DNA of 64,000 nt from Candidatus Multivorans sp. (GCA_965247095.1 OZ251997.1:3040001-3104000); one strand, 5' to 3'. Numbered from the stretch's first letter, positions 25,700 through 36,269 are shown. The notes: generated by a model not told the origin, from the sequence alone. Program-made: numbers and translations.

Positions 25700-28282
25700 G
25701 TGACTGACTTCCCGCTGCTGCCTATTCCTGCGCCTGCGCACAGGGAGCGTAGGGGAAGAGGGTTTGTTGGCGATGCCATCCGCCTGCCTGACCGGCGGCG
25801 GCAGGGAGAGCGGCTAGGACCGATCTTCCAGCGCCTACGGGATGCAATGGACCCCGACCACCCCCATACGTTCGGCGAGGATCCCGCAGGTATAGCGCCA
25901 GAGCGGGCGCTCGTCTTCGAGATCGCCGGATCGGTCACAGGTTTTCGTCGAGCGGTGGCCAAGGTCGACGGGTTTGAGTTTCTCGGTGACGAAGACACGG
26001 AGTCAGCGGGCGACGAGGACTTCGCCGTCATCGACCAGCGAAGGGGACGGGAAGGGCAGGATCGGGACGACAAGCAGGTGAGCGGGCGAATGTACCTAGC
26101 GATGCCCGACCTGCAAGCGCTTCAGCAACTTCTCTCGCTTTGGCGTCGATACCAAGCGGGCGAACCGGCTGCGACAGGATTCGCTCCTTGGTGGCGCGTC
26201 TTTGAGCGCCTTCGCGTGCTTCGCGCTTGGGGACCGGAGGACCGAATACCGGAGGACACGATCGGGTGGATCAGGCAGACGCTTGCAGACAAACCAGACG
26301 CGTCGCAGCGCATCGAAGTCGAGTTGTTGAACTGCGTCACTCCGGGGAAACGGGCGGCGGTGCGCCGCAGCTTCGACAACGTGCTTCGTGAGGCTGGGGG
26401 ACGGCTGATCGACAGTGCCTCGATACCGCAAGTCGCCTACGAGGCGGCGCTCATTGACCTTCCTTCGCATGCACTGAGGAATCTGATCACTCGCCGGGAT
26501 GTAATCGCGCTCTCCAATGCCGTGATGGTCGTGAGGCCGCAATCCAGAGTTAGCTTCCCAATCGCCTCGGTGGAAGCTGAGGTTGGTTCCTCCCTGGCAC
26601 CCGGAGTTGAGATTCGGGGACAAGCGGTTGCCGCCGTGTTCGACGGTGTGCCAGTGCAGCGGCACTCTCTACTAGATGGCCGGCTGAGGATTGACGATCC
26701 CGACGAGTTGGAGCTGCGTAGCGACGTGGCTTTGCGCCACCACGGCACTGCGATGGCTTCGTTGGTCATTCACGGTGACCGGAATCGCGAGGAACTGCCG
26801 TTGACTAGGCAGGTCTACTTTCGACCGGTCCTCATTCCCAATGACGACGGTTCGTGGGAGGAGTTTCCTGGCGACCGGCTGTTGATCGACACAATCTACG
26901 GTGCCGTCAAGCGGATGAAGGAAGGCGATGCGGAGGGTGCGGCTACGGCGCCCGCGGTCTTCCTCGTGAACCTGTCCCTAGGCGATCCAAGGCGGCCGTT
27001 CGCAGGGCCGATTAGTCCATGGGCTCGCTTGTTGGATCATCTAGCCGCGCGCTATGGCATTTTGTTTCTCGTGAGTGCGGGGAATGTCACCGGTTCGCTC
27101 CCGGTGCCAGCCTACCGATCAATGACGGAGATAGAAACGGCGACGCCGTCGAAACAACGTCAAGCGGTTCTCGATGCGCTTGGCCGCGAGTTCTCGCAAC
27201 GAACCCTGCTCTCGCCAGCGGAAGCTCTCAATGTGCTGACCGTAGGAGCATGGCACGAAGACGCCGCTACGACGGAACCCCCAGACCACCTTGTCGCACC
27301 ACTGGGCGACGGGGCTGGCCCAAACATCACATCGGCCATGGGGCTCGGCTATCGCAAGGTCGTCAAGCCGGACATCATGATGCCGGCCGGCCGGGAGTTG
27401 GTGAGGATGACGACACTGGGAGGGGAACCTGCCTTGGCGGCCACGGAAGCCGGCCGATTCTTCGGACTAAGGGCGGCGGCGCCCGGGGAGGGCGGAGACC
27501 TCACGCGAGAAGGCTCAACGGGTGGAACGAGCGCGGCCGCAGCGCTGGCTACGCGATCGGCACACCGCCTGTTTGAGGCCCTGATGGATGAAGAGAACGG
27601 CGGAATTCTCGCGGGAGCCGATCCGGCGTTCTACGGTGTTGTCGTCACACTCTTGGTCCATCGGGCTCGTTGGGGTGAAGAGGGGGAAGAGCTGGGGACC
27701 CTTTACGGGCCGAATGGCCAGGGCAAGCACGTACAGCGATTGGACAACGTCGCGCGGGTCATCGGCTACGGTTGTCCGAACATAGAAGAGGCCCTCACCT
27801 GCGCTTCGAACCGCGCGACCCTTCTTGGCTTCGGCGAGGTCTCGGCTGACCGGGTTGTGGCGGACTATCGCGTTCCCCTGCCGCGGAGCTTGGAGCGGTT
27901 GGAGCAACCGCGGTCGGTTACTTGCACACTCGCGTGGTTCTCGCCGGTAGATGTACGCCACCGGATGTATCGTCGCGCGAAGCTGGACCTTGAGAGAGGA
28001 CCCAACCTTCGGACAGGAGACGGTTTTGTAGAGCGGGCGAAGCTGCAGCCGTCCGTCCCCTCGGTGAGGCGCGGTTCGCTGCTGCACGTCCACTTCGAAG
28101 GGCAGAGAGCGGCATCCTTCGTCGAGGATGGCGAACTCCGCTTCACCGTCTTCTGCAGCGCTCCTGCTGGCAACCTCGATGAGTCGGTCCGCTATGGGTT
28201 GGCGGTCACGATTGAGGCTGGCGAGGGGATTCCCGTCTACGAAGAAGTGCGCCAACAACTGGTAGTGCAGCCGAGGGTTTAG
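25700..28282 (+). CDS. S8 subtilase-family protease, IetS-like
   Basis: Triad motifs AVFDGVP, HGTAMAS, GGTSAAA and oxyanion SAGN; no signal peptide; 20 bp after the ATPase. Confidence 0.85.
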   Translation: MTDFPLLPIPAPAHRERRGRGFVGDAIRLPDRRRQGERLGPIFQRLRDAMDPDHPHTFGEDPAGIAPERALVFEIAGSVTGFRRAVAKVDGFEFLGDEDTESAGDEDFAVIDQRRGREGQDRDDKQVSGRMYLAMPDLQALQQLLSLWRRYQAGEPAATGFAPWWRVFERLRVLRAWGPEDRIPEDTIGWIRQTLADKPDASQRIEVELLNCVTPGKRAAVRRSFDNVLREAGGRLIDSASIPQVAYEAALIDLPSHALRNLITRRDVIALSNAVMVVRPQSRVSFPIASVEAEVGSSLAPGVEIRGQAVAAVFDGVPVQRHSLLDGRLRIDDPDELELRSDVALRHHGTAMASLVIHGDRNREELPLTRQVYFRPVLIPNDDGSWEEFPGDRLLIDTIYGAVKRMKEGDAEGAATAPAVFLVNLSLGDPRRPFAGPISPWARLLDHLAARYGILFLVSAGNVTGSLPVPAYRSMTEIETATPSKQRQAVLDALGREFSQRTLLSPAEALNVLTVGAWHEDAATTEPPDHLVAPLGDGAGPNITSAMGLGYRKVVKPDIMMPAGRELVRMTTLGGEPALAATEAGRFFGLRAAAPGEGGDLTREGSTGGTSAAAALATRSAHRLFEALMDEENGGILAGADPAFYGVVVTLLVHRARWGEEGEELGTLYGPNGQGKHVQRLDNVARVIGYGCPNIEEALTCASNRATLLGFGEVSADRVVADYRVPLPRSLERLEQPRSVTCTLAWFSPVDVRHRMYRRAKLDLERGPNLRTGDGFVERAKLQPSVPSVRRGSLLHVHFEGQRAASFVEDGELRFTVFCSAPAGNLDESVRYGLAVTIEAGEGIPVYEEVRQQLVVQPRV

Positions 28283-28448
28283 GGGAGGCCATAGCTCCGG
28301 CGGAGATCGGGTTCGTCCATCGGCAAGACTGCCGGCATTCTCGGCTTCGTGTGCTCTGCGGCGGGGTCGTGTGCGTTCAGAACCAAGGTAGTAGCGCCTC
28401 CGTCCTGGGGCCGCGGCAGTTTCGTCGCATTCGGGACGTAGCCCTCCC

Positions 28449-29831
28449 CTACCTCGCCGCCCGCGTCAGCGCCTCGTCCATCGCCGCGAGCGCGAAGTCG
28501 ACATCGGCATCCGTCAGGCAGAGCGGCGGCTTGATCCGCAGCACGTTGCCGGAGAGTCCGCCCTTTCCGACCAGGGCGCCGAGGTTCTTCAACTTGTCTA
28601 GCGCCCTGGCCGTGAAGGCCGTAGCGGGTGTCTTCGAACGCCGGTCGGTGACGAGTTCGACGCCGATCATCAGGCCCTGGCCGCGGATGTCGCCCACCGC
28701 TTCGTGGCGCTCGGCCAGCGCTCGCAGACCGGCGATCAGCCGGCTGCCGAGGACCTGTGCGTTCTGCTGGAGTCCCTCCTCCTCGATCACCTCGAGGACG
28801 GCCAGACCGGCCGCGGAGACGAGCGGATTGCCGCCGAAGGTGTTGATGTGGAGATTCTGCGCCAGCGTGGCGGCGATGTCCGAGGTCGTCACCACGGCCG
28901 CCAGGGGCAGGCCGTTGCCGATGCCCTTGGCCATGGTCACGATCTCGGGCACGACGCCGGAGCGCTCGAAGCCCCAGTAGTGGTCGCCGGTGCGGGTGAA
29001 GCCGGTCTGCACCTCGTCGGCGATGCAGACGCCGCCGCTGGCGCGGACGATGTCGTAGACCTCGGCGAGGTAGTTCGGCGCTCCCATCGTGACGCCGCCG
29101 GCGCCCTGGATGGGTTCGGAGATGAAGGCGGCGACCTGCCCCGGGGTGGAGTACCGGATCAGTTCCGCGACATCCTCGGCGCACTGGCTTGCGATCTGCT
29201 CCGGCGTGCCGGAGAACGGGTTGCGGTAGGGATCGGGGTTGATCGCGTGGTGAACGGGTCCGCCGCGCTGCGCCCAGGACTTCCAGGTGTGGATCGCGGT
29301 CAGGGCGCCGGTCGGGGCGCTGCCGCCGTGGTAGGCGTTGCGGATGCCGACGATGTCGGAGTGGCCGGTGTGCAGCCGCGCCATCTGCACAGCCAGGTCG
29401 TTCGCCTCGCTGCCGCTGTTGACGAAGTAGACGCGGTCGAGCTCGGGCGGCAGCTTGGCCAGCAGCGCCTCCGCGAAGCGGGGCATGTTGGGATGCAGGA
29501 ATGCGGTCGAGCTATGGGCGAGGAGCGCCATCTGCTCCTGGACCGCGGCGACGATCTTGGGGTGCGAGTGGCCGCAGGCGACGGTGCAGATGCCGGCGAA
29601 CAGGTCGAGGTAGCGCCGACCGCTGTCGTCCCAGACGTACTGGCGCTGGCCTTCGACCAGCATCACGGGTTCGCTGTACAGGGTGAAGAGGGCCGGATTC
29701 ACGTGCTGCCGGCGCAGGGCGAGGATCTCCTCGCGGGTGGCGCCCGCGTACGGTCGGGGCCGGTGGCTGCACGGGGGCAGTTCCAGGGATTGCGACCCCG
29801 TCGGGGTCGCGACGTCAAGTGCCACGGTCAT
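28449..29831 (-). CDS. Class-III PLP aminotransferase (AGXT2-like)
   Basis: RYLDLFAGI, NSGSEAND, IADEVQTGF, TMAKGIGNG; start at MTVALD. Confidence 0.9.
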   Translation of the reverse strand: MTVALDVATPTGSQSLELPPCSHRPRPYAGATREEILALRRQHVNPALFTLYSEPVMLVEGQRQYVWDDSGRRYLDLFAGICTVACGHSHPKIVAAVQEQMALLAHSSTAFLHPNMPRFAEALLAKLPPELDRVYFVNSGSEANDLAVQMARLHTGHSDIVGIRNAYHGGSAPTGALTAIHTWKSWAQRGGPVHHAINPDPYRNPFSGTPEQIASQCAEDVAELIRYSTPGQVAAFISEPIQGAGGVTMGAPNYLAEVYDIVRASGGVCIADEVQTGFTRTGDHYWGFERSGVVPEIVTMAKGIGNGLPLAAVVTTSDIAATLAQNLHINTFGGNPLVSAAGLAVLEVIEEEGLQQNAQVLGSRLIAGLRALAERHEAVGDIRGQGLMIGVELVTDRRSKTPATAFTARALDKLKNLGALVGKGGLSGNVLRIKPPLCLTDADVDFALAAMDEALTRAAR

Positions 29832-29920
29832 GGTTGCAGTTCCTCGGTGGCCCGTTCCTGAGGCCGGCTGTGTGGTTCGCTGTTCGGCCGCTCGCTGTCG
29901 CGGCGGCGTGACGATCAACA

Positions 29921-31237
29921 CTAGCCCAACAGATCGACGATCGTGAGCGCCATGACCTGTGTGGACTCTGTGATGTCGGACAGCGCGCAGCGTTCGTCGG
30001 GTTGATGGGCCTGCTCCAGTTCGCCCGGGCCGTAGGCGACGCACTGCCCGATCCCGCCGATGCGCTGAAAGTGCTTGTGGTCGTAGGTGCCCGGGCTTGC
30101 CACGAGGTCGGCGGACTGCCCGGTCGCCGCTTCGATGCCTCGGCTCAGGGACTCGACCAGGCGGCAGTCGTCGGGCGTATGCGTCGGCTTGACGCTGAGC
30201 ACTTCCTCGATCTCGAAACGAACGCCGGGCCGGCGGGCCTCCACCGCATCGAGCACCCCCTGGACCTCGGCGCGCACCGCGTCGGCGCCCTCCTCGAGCA
30301 GGTAGCGCCGGTCGACGACCAGTTCGCACTGGTCGGCGACGCAGGGTGACGGCAGGCCCTGGCCGTGGCCGTCCAGGAAGGCAGATTCCCCCAGCCCCTC
30401 GATGACCTGGCCGCCCGCGATCGAGTTCACGTTCAGGGTCGGCCGGCGGGCGCCCTCCGGAACCACGGGCAGCTCGGTGACGAGATCGCCGAGCGCCTCC
30501 CGGAGCCCGAGCGCCGCTTCGGCCGCCGCGTCGATTGCCGAGACGCCGAGAAAGGGCATGGAACCGTGGGCGATGCGGCCGTGGGCGAGGATCCGGAACC
30601 AGAGCACACCACGGTGACCGATGCAGATCCGCGTCGGGCTGAAGGGCTCGGGGATGATCACGTAGTCCGTCGTTCGGCTCGTAACGCGGCCGATCCGGGC
30701 CAGGTGCGCGACACCGGCCAGACCGCCGCTCTCTTCGTCGACCGTGCCGCTGATCTCGATCGTTCCGCGCAGGCTGACCCCGCTGCGCCGGACCGCTTCG
30801 GCGGCGAACACCGCGGCGGCAAGGCCGGCCTTCATGTCCGCCGAGCCGCGGCCGTAGAGCCAGCCGCCCTTGATCTCGCCGCCGAAGGGGTCGACCGTCC
30901 ATCCGGCCCCCGGCGGCACGACATCGATGTGACCGTTCAGGTGAAGTGCCGGGCGCGCGTCGCGTCCCCGGCGCCGGGCGAGTACGTTGACCTTCGGGCG
31001 CTTCGGATCGGTGCCGGGACCCTCGACGTACTCGGTCTCGAAACCGTCCGCCTCGAGCCGCACGCCGAGCAACTCGGCGCACTCACGGTAGGCGTCGCCG
31101 GGCGGGTTGACCGTCGGCACGCGGATCAGCTCGGCCGAGAAGTGCGCGGCTTCCTCGCCGCAGATGGCCGCCTCGGAGAGGACACGGTCCACGACCTCGG
31201 CGCGCAACCGGGCGAGTCCGCTAGCGTCTGACGTCAT
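29921..31237 (-). CDS. M20 metallohydrolase, ArgE/DapE family
   Basis: NGHIDVVP, GRGSADMKAG, DEESGG, AHQPDE. Confidence 0.9.
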   Translation of the reverse strand: MTSDASGLARLRAEVVDRVLSEAAICGEEAAHFSAELIRVPTVNPPGDAYRECAELLGVRLEADGFETEYVEGPGTDPKRPKVNVLARRRGRDARPALHLNGHIDVVPPGAGWTVDPFGGEIKGGWLYGRGSADMKAGLAAAVFAAEAVRRSGVSLRGTIEISGTVDEESGGLAGVAHLARIGRVTSRTTDYVIIPEPFSPTRICIGHRGVLWFRILAHGRIAHGSMPFLGVSAIDAAAEAALGLREALGDLVTELPVVPEGARRPTLNVNSIAGGQVIEGLGESAFLDGHGQGLPSPCVADQCELVVDRRYLLEEGADAVRAEVQGVLDAVEARRPGVRFEIEEVLSVKPTHTPDDCRLVESLSRGIEAATGQSADLVASPGTYDHKHFQRIGGIGQCVAYGPGELEQAHQPDERCALSDITESTQVMALTIVDLLG

Positions 31238-31401
31238 GGGCGGTGAGGCTCCCGGTGGTTGCGAGTTTGCGGTGGGGATGGACTCTTGTCACAATGATCG
31301 CGCCGCTTGTGCCGGTCGGCGGGACGGCGGCCGACGAGGGCCGTCACCGACGCTGTTGGCGGCCGGGCAGGCACCGCCGCGAATGGCAGGAGAGATGATC
31401 T

Positions 31402-32508
31402 ATGGCGAGAATCTTAGCCTTGACCCAACGGAGATGGCAGTCGGCGTGGCTGGGACTCGGGCTGCTCGCGCTCGTGGCCGGGGGTCCAGGCTTGGCTGAG
31501 GCCGCCGCGGACGATCCCGGCCTGACCGCGGTCGAGGGGCTGCGGGTAGGTCAGATCACCTACGAGGAGCGCCCGACCGGCTGCACGGTCGTGCTGGCGC
31601 TCGGCGGCGCGGTTGGCGGCGTCGATGTCCGGGGCGGCGCTCCGGCGACCCGCGAGACGGATCTCCTGCGCCCCCACAACATGATTCAGGAGCTCCACGC
31701 CGTCGTGCTCACCGGTGGCAGCGCCTACGGTCTCGATGCGGCGGGGGGCGTCATGCGCTACCTCGAGGAGCAGGACGTCGGCTACCGGGTCGGCGCCGGA
31801 GTGGTGCCGATCGTGGTCGGCGCTTCGTTGATGGACCTCGGCATGGGCGGCAGCAGCAAGCCCCGTCCGGACGCCGAGTGCGGCTACCGGGCCTCGGAGG
31901 CGGCGACGACCGGCCCGGTGGCGCAGGGCAACGTGGGTGCCGGCGCGGGCGCCACGGTGGGAAAGATGGGCGGCCGCGGATCGCGGATGAAGGGCGGCCT
32001 GGGCAGCGCGTCGCACCGGCTCGAGCAGGGCCCTTCGGCGGGTTTGGTGGTCGCGGCGCTGGTCGCGGTCAACGCGGTGGGCGATGTGATCGATCCGGCT
32101 ACAGGTCAGGTCGTCGCGGGCGTGCGCGGCCCGAACAACGAACTGCTCGACGCCCGCAAGCTGCTTCGCAGCGGCCTCGGGCGCGACCGCCGCGCCAGTC
32201 GACGGGAGGCCGCCAACCGCGAGAACACGACGATCGCCGTGGTCGCGACCAACGCCACCCTGAACCAGGCCGAGGCGACCCGGGTGGCGCAGATGGCCCA
32301 CGATGGTCTCGCCCGCTCGATCGTCCCGTCCCACACCCCGGGCGACGGCGACACCGTGTTCGCGATCGCCACCGGCGTTCTCGAAGGGCCGGCCGACGTC
32401 AGCCGGATCGGCGCCCTCGCGGCCGAGGTGCTGGCCGACGCGGTCCTCAACAGCGTGCGGCATGCCGAGTCGCTTCCCGGCATCCTCGCCGTCCGCGACC
32501 TGCCGTGA
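31402..32508 (+). CDS. P1/DmpA-family peptidase with signal peptide
   Basis: DVRGGAPATRETD, GGSAYGL, ENTTIAVVATNA, DGDTVFA. Confidence 0.88.
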   Translation: MARILALTQRRWQSAWLGLGLLALVAGGPGLAEAAADDPGLTAVEGLRVGQITYEERPTGCTVVLALGGAVGGVDVRGGAPATRETDLLRPHNMIQELHAVVLTGGSAYGLDAAGGVMRYLEEQDVGYRVGAGVVPIVVGASLMDLGMGGSSKPRPDAECGYRASEAATTGPVAQGNVGAGAGATVGKMGGRGSRMKGGLGSASHRLEQGPSAGLVVAALVAVNAVGDVIDPATGQVVAGVRGPNNELLDARKLLRSGLGRDRRASRREAANRENTTIAVVATNATLNQAEATRVAQMAHDGLARSIVPSHTPGDGDTVFAIATGVLEGPADVSRIGALAAEVLADAVLNSVRHAESLPGILAVRDLP

Positions 32509-32512
32509 GGCG

Positions 32513-33295
32513 ATGACGGTGTCACAGAATCCGTTTCGTCTCGACGGCAGCACTGTCGCCGTGATCGGCGCCGGCTCCGGCATCGGTGAGGGCGCGGCCG
32601 AGGCCTGCGGCCGCCAGGGGGCGCTGGTCGCGTGCTTCGATGTGAATCTGCCAGCCGCGCAGGCGACGGCCGACCGGATCGTCTCGGCCGGCGGCCAGGC
32701 CGAAGCGGCCGAACTCGACATCCTCGATCCCGCGGCGATGGCGTCGGCGTTCGAGGCGCTGAGCGATCTGCGGGGCGTGGTGGCGACGCCCGGAGTCAAT
32801 GTCCGCAAGCGCCTGCTCGACTACCAGCCCGAAGAGTTCGACCGGGTCATCACACTCAACCTTGGTGGCGCGATGTGCGTGTTGCAGGTCGCGGGAGGGC
32901 TGCTGTCGGCCGCCGGCGGCGGCAGCATCGTGCTGCTGTCTTCGATCCGTTCCCTGGTCGTTGAGCCGGGTCAGGGCGTCTACGCCGCGACCAAGGCCGG
33001 CATCGTTCAACTCGCGCGCGCCGCCGCGGCCGAACTCGGCGGCGCCGGGGTGCGGGTGAACGCGCTGGCGCCGGGGGTGGTGGACACGCCGTTGACCAAG
33101 CCGATCCAGCAGAACGAGGACTGGAACCGCGCCTACGCCGAGAAGACGGCGCTGGGCCGGTGGGGCCGTCCGGACGAGATCGGCAACGCGGCGGCGTTCC
33201 TGGTCTCGGACGCCGCCAGCTACATGACGGGCGCCGTGCTCTTCGTCGACGGCGGCTGGACCGCGATCGACGGGCGGTTCGAGCCTCCGGCCTGA
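32513..33295 (+). CDS. SDR-family oxidoreductase
   Basis: GAGSGIG, SS...YAATK, NALAPG, VDGG; 260 aa. Confidence 0.9.
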   Translation: MTVSQNPFRLDGSTVAVIGAGSGIGEGAAEACGRQGALVACFDVNLPAAQATADRIVSAGGQAEAAELDILDPAAMASAFEALSDLRGVVATPGVNVRKRLLDYQPEEFDRVITLNLGGAMCVLQVAGGLLSAAGGGSIVLLSSIRSLVVEPGQGVYAATKAGIVQLARAAAAELGGAGVRVNALAPGVVDTPLTKPIQQNEDWNRAYAEKTALGRWGRPDEIGNAAAFLVSDAASYMTGAVLFVDGGWTAIDGRFEPPA

Positions 33296-33355
33296 ACCAA
33301 CTGCGGGCATCGATGCCCGCGTGCCATCCGCGCCGCAAGTAGACTCGGCGCCGCG

Positions 33356-33919
33356 ATGAACCAGGCTGGCGATCTCTTCCGACTCGACGGCAAGACGGCG
33401 GTGGTGACCGGCGCTTCGTCGGGCCTGGGCGTGGTCTTCGCGCACGCGCTGGCCGGCGCCGGCGCCTCGGTCGTCGTTTCGGCGCGACGGCTCGAACGGC
33501 TGGAGGCGCTCGCTGGGGAGATCGAGGCTGCCGGCGGAGAGGCCCTGGCGGTTTCCTGCGACGTCAGCAGCGAGGACGGTGTGGAGGCCCTGGCCGCAGC
33601 CGCCGTCGATCGGATCCCCCAGGCGTCCTACACCGCCTCCAAGGGCGGCGTCGTCAACCTGACGCGTGAGCTCGCGGCACAGTGGTCGCGCCGCGGCGTG
33701 CGCGTGAACGCGATTGCGCCGGGCTGGTTCGCATCGGAGATGACCGAGGGAATGTTCGCGTCCGATCAGGGAGTCCGCTGGATCCGGCGCAAGACGCCGA
33801 TGGGCCGGCCCGGCGAGGGTGAGGAACTGGCTGGTCCGGTCCTGTTCCTCGCCTCGGACGCATCGAGCTACGTAACCGGCCAGACACTCGCCGTCGACGG
33901 CGGCTGGACTGTGATCTGA
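33356..33919 (+). pseudogene. SDR oxidoreductase with an in-frame internal deletion (NNAG region and catalytic Ser missing)
   Basis: TGASSGLG and YTASK present, but AVDR joins directly to IPQASY; 187 aa. Confidence 0.75.
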
Positions 33920-33923
33920 CGGT

Positions 33924-36269
33924 TTGACCCTCGAGATTGCATTCCTGCTCGCGGTCCTGGCGGGCATGGTCGTCCTGTTTCTGACCGAGAAACTGCCGAT
34001 CGACCTGACCGCCTTCCTCGGTCTGACGCTGCTGATCTTCACCGGCTACGTCGCCGTCGATCAGGCGTTCACCGGCTTCGCGTCGTCGGCGGTGATCACG
34101 ATGCTGTCGATCTTCATCGTCAGCGCCGGGCTGATGCAGACCGGCGTGGCGGATCTGGTCGGCGGCGCCATCCATCGCTTCGTCGGCAGCCGCGAGACGC
34201 CGTTGATGATCGCCGTGATGCTGGTCGCCGGTGTGCTCTCGATGTTCATGAACAACATCGCGGCGACCGCGGTGCTGATGCCGGCGGTGGCGAGTCTCGG
34301 TCGGCGCGCGCACCTGCCGCCGTCCCGGTTGTTCCTGCCGCTGGCCTTCGGCGCCATCCTGGGGGGCACCGCGACCCTGGTCGGGACGCCGCCGAACATC
34401 CTGGCGGCGGCGATGTTGCGCGACCGCGGACTCGAGCCCTTCAGCCTCTTCGACTTCACGCCCTTCGGCGCGGTACTGCTCCTGGGCGGCATCGTCTACA
34501 TGCTCACCCTGGGGCGCCGGCTCCTGCCGGGTCGCAGAGCCGCGGCCCCCGGCCGCGGTCAATCGGAACTCGCGGATCTCTACGGCCTCCATGAGGGACT
34601 GTTCTCGATCCGCATACCGGCGGCTTCGCAGCTCGACGGGGCGACCCTGCGCGAGACCCGGTTGGGGACCACCCTGGGAGTGCAGCTTCTCGGCATCGCG
34701 CGCGGCGAGGACTGGCAGTTGGCGCCCAAGGACGACGCGCGGCTGCTGGCCGGGGACGAACTGGTCGTCCAGGGCGACGCGGACCAGGTGCGGCAGATGC
34801 TGCGGCTCCAGGGCGTCGACCTCGGCACGGCCACGACGCTCGGCACGGCCACCACGGGGGAGACCGGCGCGCCGGACGTGGGCGTGACCGCGCTCAGGGC
34901 GCGGGTGCCCGCCGGGTCGCCCCTGGCCGGGAGCACGCTGGCGGCGACGAGCTTCCGCGAGCGTTGGCGCGTGTTCGTGATCGCGGTGGAACGAGACGGC
35001 GAAGTTCACGTCGACCGGCTCGGCAACCTGCCGCTCGAGAAGGGAGACCTGCTCTACGGTCTGTTCGGAGACGACGCGCCGGAGATCGACTCCGGCGTGC
35101 TGGAGATCGAAGAGAGCGGCCCCGCCGCGCTGGACCGGCTCGAGGATCAACCCCTGCTTGTCATCCGGGTGCCGGAGAACTCGGCGCTTCTCGCCAGCGG
35201 CGCGGGCGTCGGGTGGATGGGCCGGCTGATGGAACTCACGGTCGTCGGGGTCGAACGGGCCGGCGAGGTGCTCTGGGGCCCCGGACCCGAGCTCGAGTTC
35301 GAGGCCGGAGACCGGCTCTTCGTCAAGGGCAAGGAGCGTCGCCTGCGCGCCCTGCTGCGCATGGGCGGCGTCGAGTTGACGTCGGGGATTGCCGCGCCTG
35401 CGTTCGAGTCGGAGGAGGTGGGCATGGCCGAGGCCACGCTGGCGCCCCGGTCCGGTCTCGCGGGGCGAAGCCTGGAGGAGATCGAGTTCCGCGATCGGTA
35501 CGGCGTGCAGGTGCTCGCGATCTGGCGCGAGGGCAGGGCCATTCGCAGCGGCCTGGCCCAGCTTGCGCTACGGGTCGGCGACGCGCTGCTGCTGCAGGGC
35601 CGCCGGGGCCGGCTCGGTCTGCTCTCCCGGGAGCGGGATCTGTTGATGCTCTCGGATGTCGCGGACGAGCCCCGTCGCCTGAACAAGGCGCCCTACGCCG
35701 TCGGCTGCCTGGCCTTGATGATTGGTCTGGTGGTGACGGGGTTTGCACCAATTCAGGTCGGGGCGTTCGCTTCCGCGAGCCTGATCGTGCTGTGCGGCGC
35801 GCTGACCATGGAGGAGGCCTACCGCGCGGTCGAGTGGCGGGCGATCTTCCTGGTCGCGGCGATCCTGCCGGTGGGAGCGGCGATGGAGAGCAGCGGTACC
35901 GCGGCTCTGCTGGCGAGCAGCGTGATGGACCTGGCCGGCCCGGTCGGACCGTATGCGGTGCTGGCGTCGCTGGTCCTGCTCTCGAGCCTGCTCAGCCAGT
36001 GTCTCGACGGTGCGCCGGCGGTGGTCCTGCTGACGCCGGTTGTACTTGAAGCGGCATCGGGCCTCGATCTTTCTCCCTATCCGTTGATGATGGGGGTGGC
36101 GCTCGCGGCCTCCGCGGCCTTCATGACGCCGTTCAGCCACAAGGCGAACCTGCTGGTCATGGGCGCGGGCGGCTATCGCAGCATGGACTACCTGAAGGTC
36201 GGCACGCCGCTGACCGTGGTGCTGCTTGCCGTGATCGTCTGGATGGTGCCGCTCTTCTTCCCGTTCTAG
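33924..36269 (+). CDS. SLC13/CitMHS permease with multiple TrkA-C (RCK_C) domains
   Basis: MNNIAA, GTPPN, FMTPFSHKANL; long soluble middle with RCK_C-like repeats. Confidence 0.88.
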   Translation: MTLEIAFLLAVLAGMVVLFLTEKLPIDLTAFLGLTLLIFTGYVAVDQAFTGFASSAVITMLSIFIVSAGLMQTGVADLVGGAIHRFVGSRETPLMIAVMLVAGVLSMFMNNIAATAVLMPAVASLGRRAHLPPSRLFLPLAFGAILGGTATLVGTPPNILAAAMLRDRGLEPFSLFDFTPFGAVLLLGGIVYMLTLGRRLLPGRRAAAPGRGQSELADLYGLHEGLFSIRIPAASQLDGATLRETRLGTTLGVQLLGIARGEDWQLAPKDDARLLAGDELVVQGDADQVRQMLRLQGVDLGTATTLGTATTGETGAPDVGVTALRARVPAGSPLAGSTLAATSFRERWRVFVIAVERDGEVHVDRLGNLPLEKGDLLYGLFGDDAPEIDSGVLEIEESGPAALDRLEDQPLLVIRVPENSALLASGAGVGWMGRLMELTVVGVERAGEVLWGPGPELEFEAGDRLFVKGKERRLRALLRMGGVELTSGIAAPAFESEEVGMAEATLAPRSGLAGRSLEEIEFRDRYGVQVLAIWREGRAIRSGLAQLALRVGDALLLQGRRGRLGLLSRERDLLMLSDVADEPRRLNKAPYAVGCLALMIGLVVTGFAPIQVGAFASASLIVLCGALTMEEAYRAVEWRAIFLVAAILPVGAAMESSGTAALLASSVMDLAGPVGPYAVLASLVLLSSLLSQCLDGAPAVVLLTPVVLEAASGLDLSPYPLMMGVALAASAAFMTPFSHKANLLVMGAGGYRSMDYLKVGTPLTVVLLAVIVWMVPLFFPF

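Noticed and set aside
28449-31082. 877-aa fusion ORF
   Set aside because: The upstream part is an off-frame overlap of the M20 gene; the aminotransferase starts at 29831.
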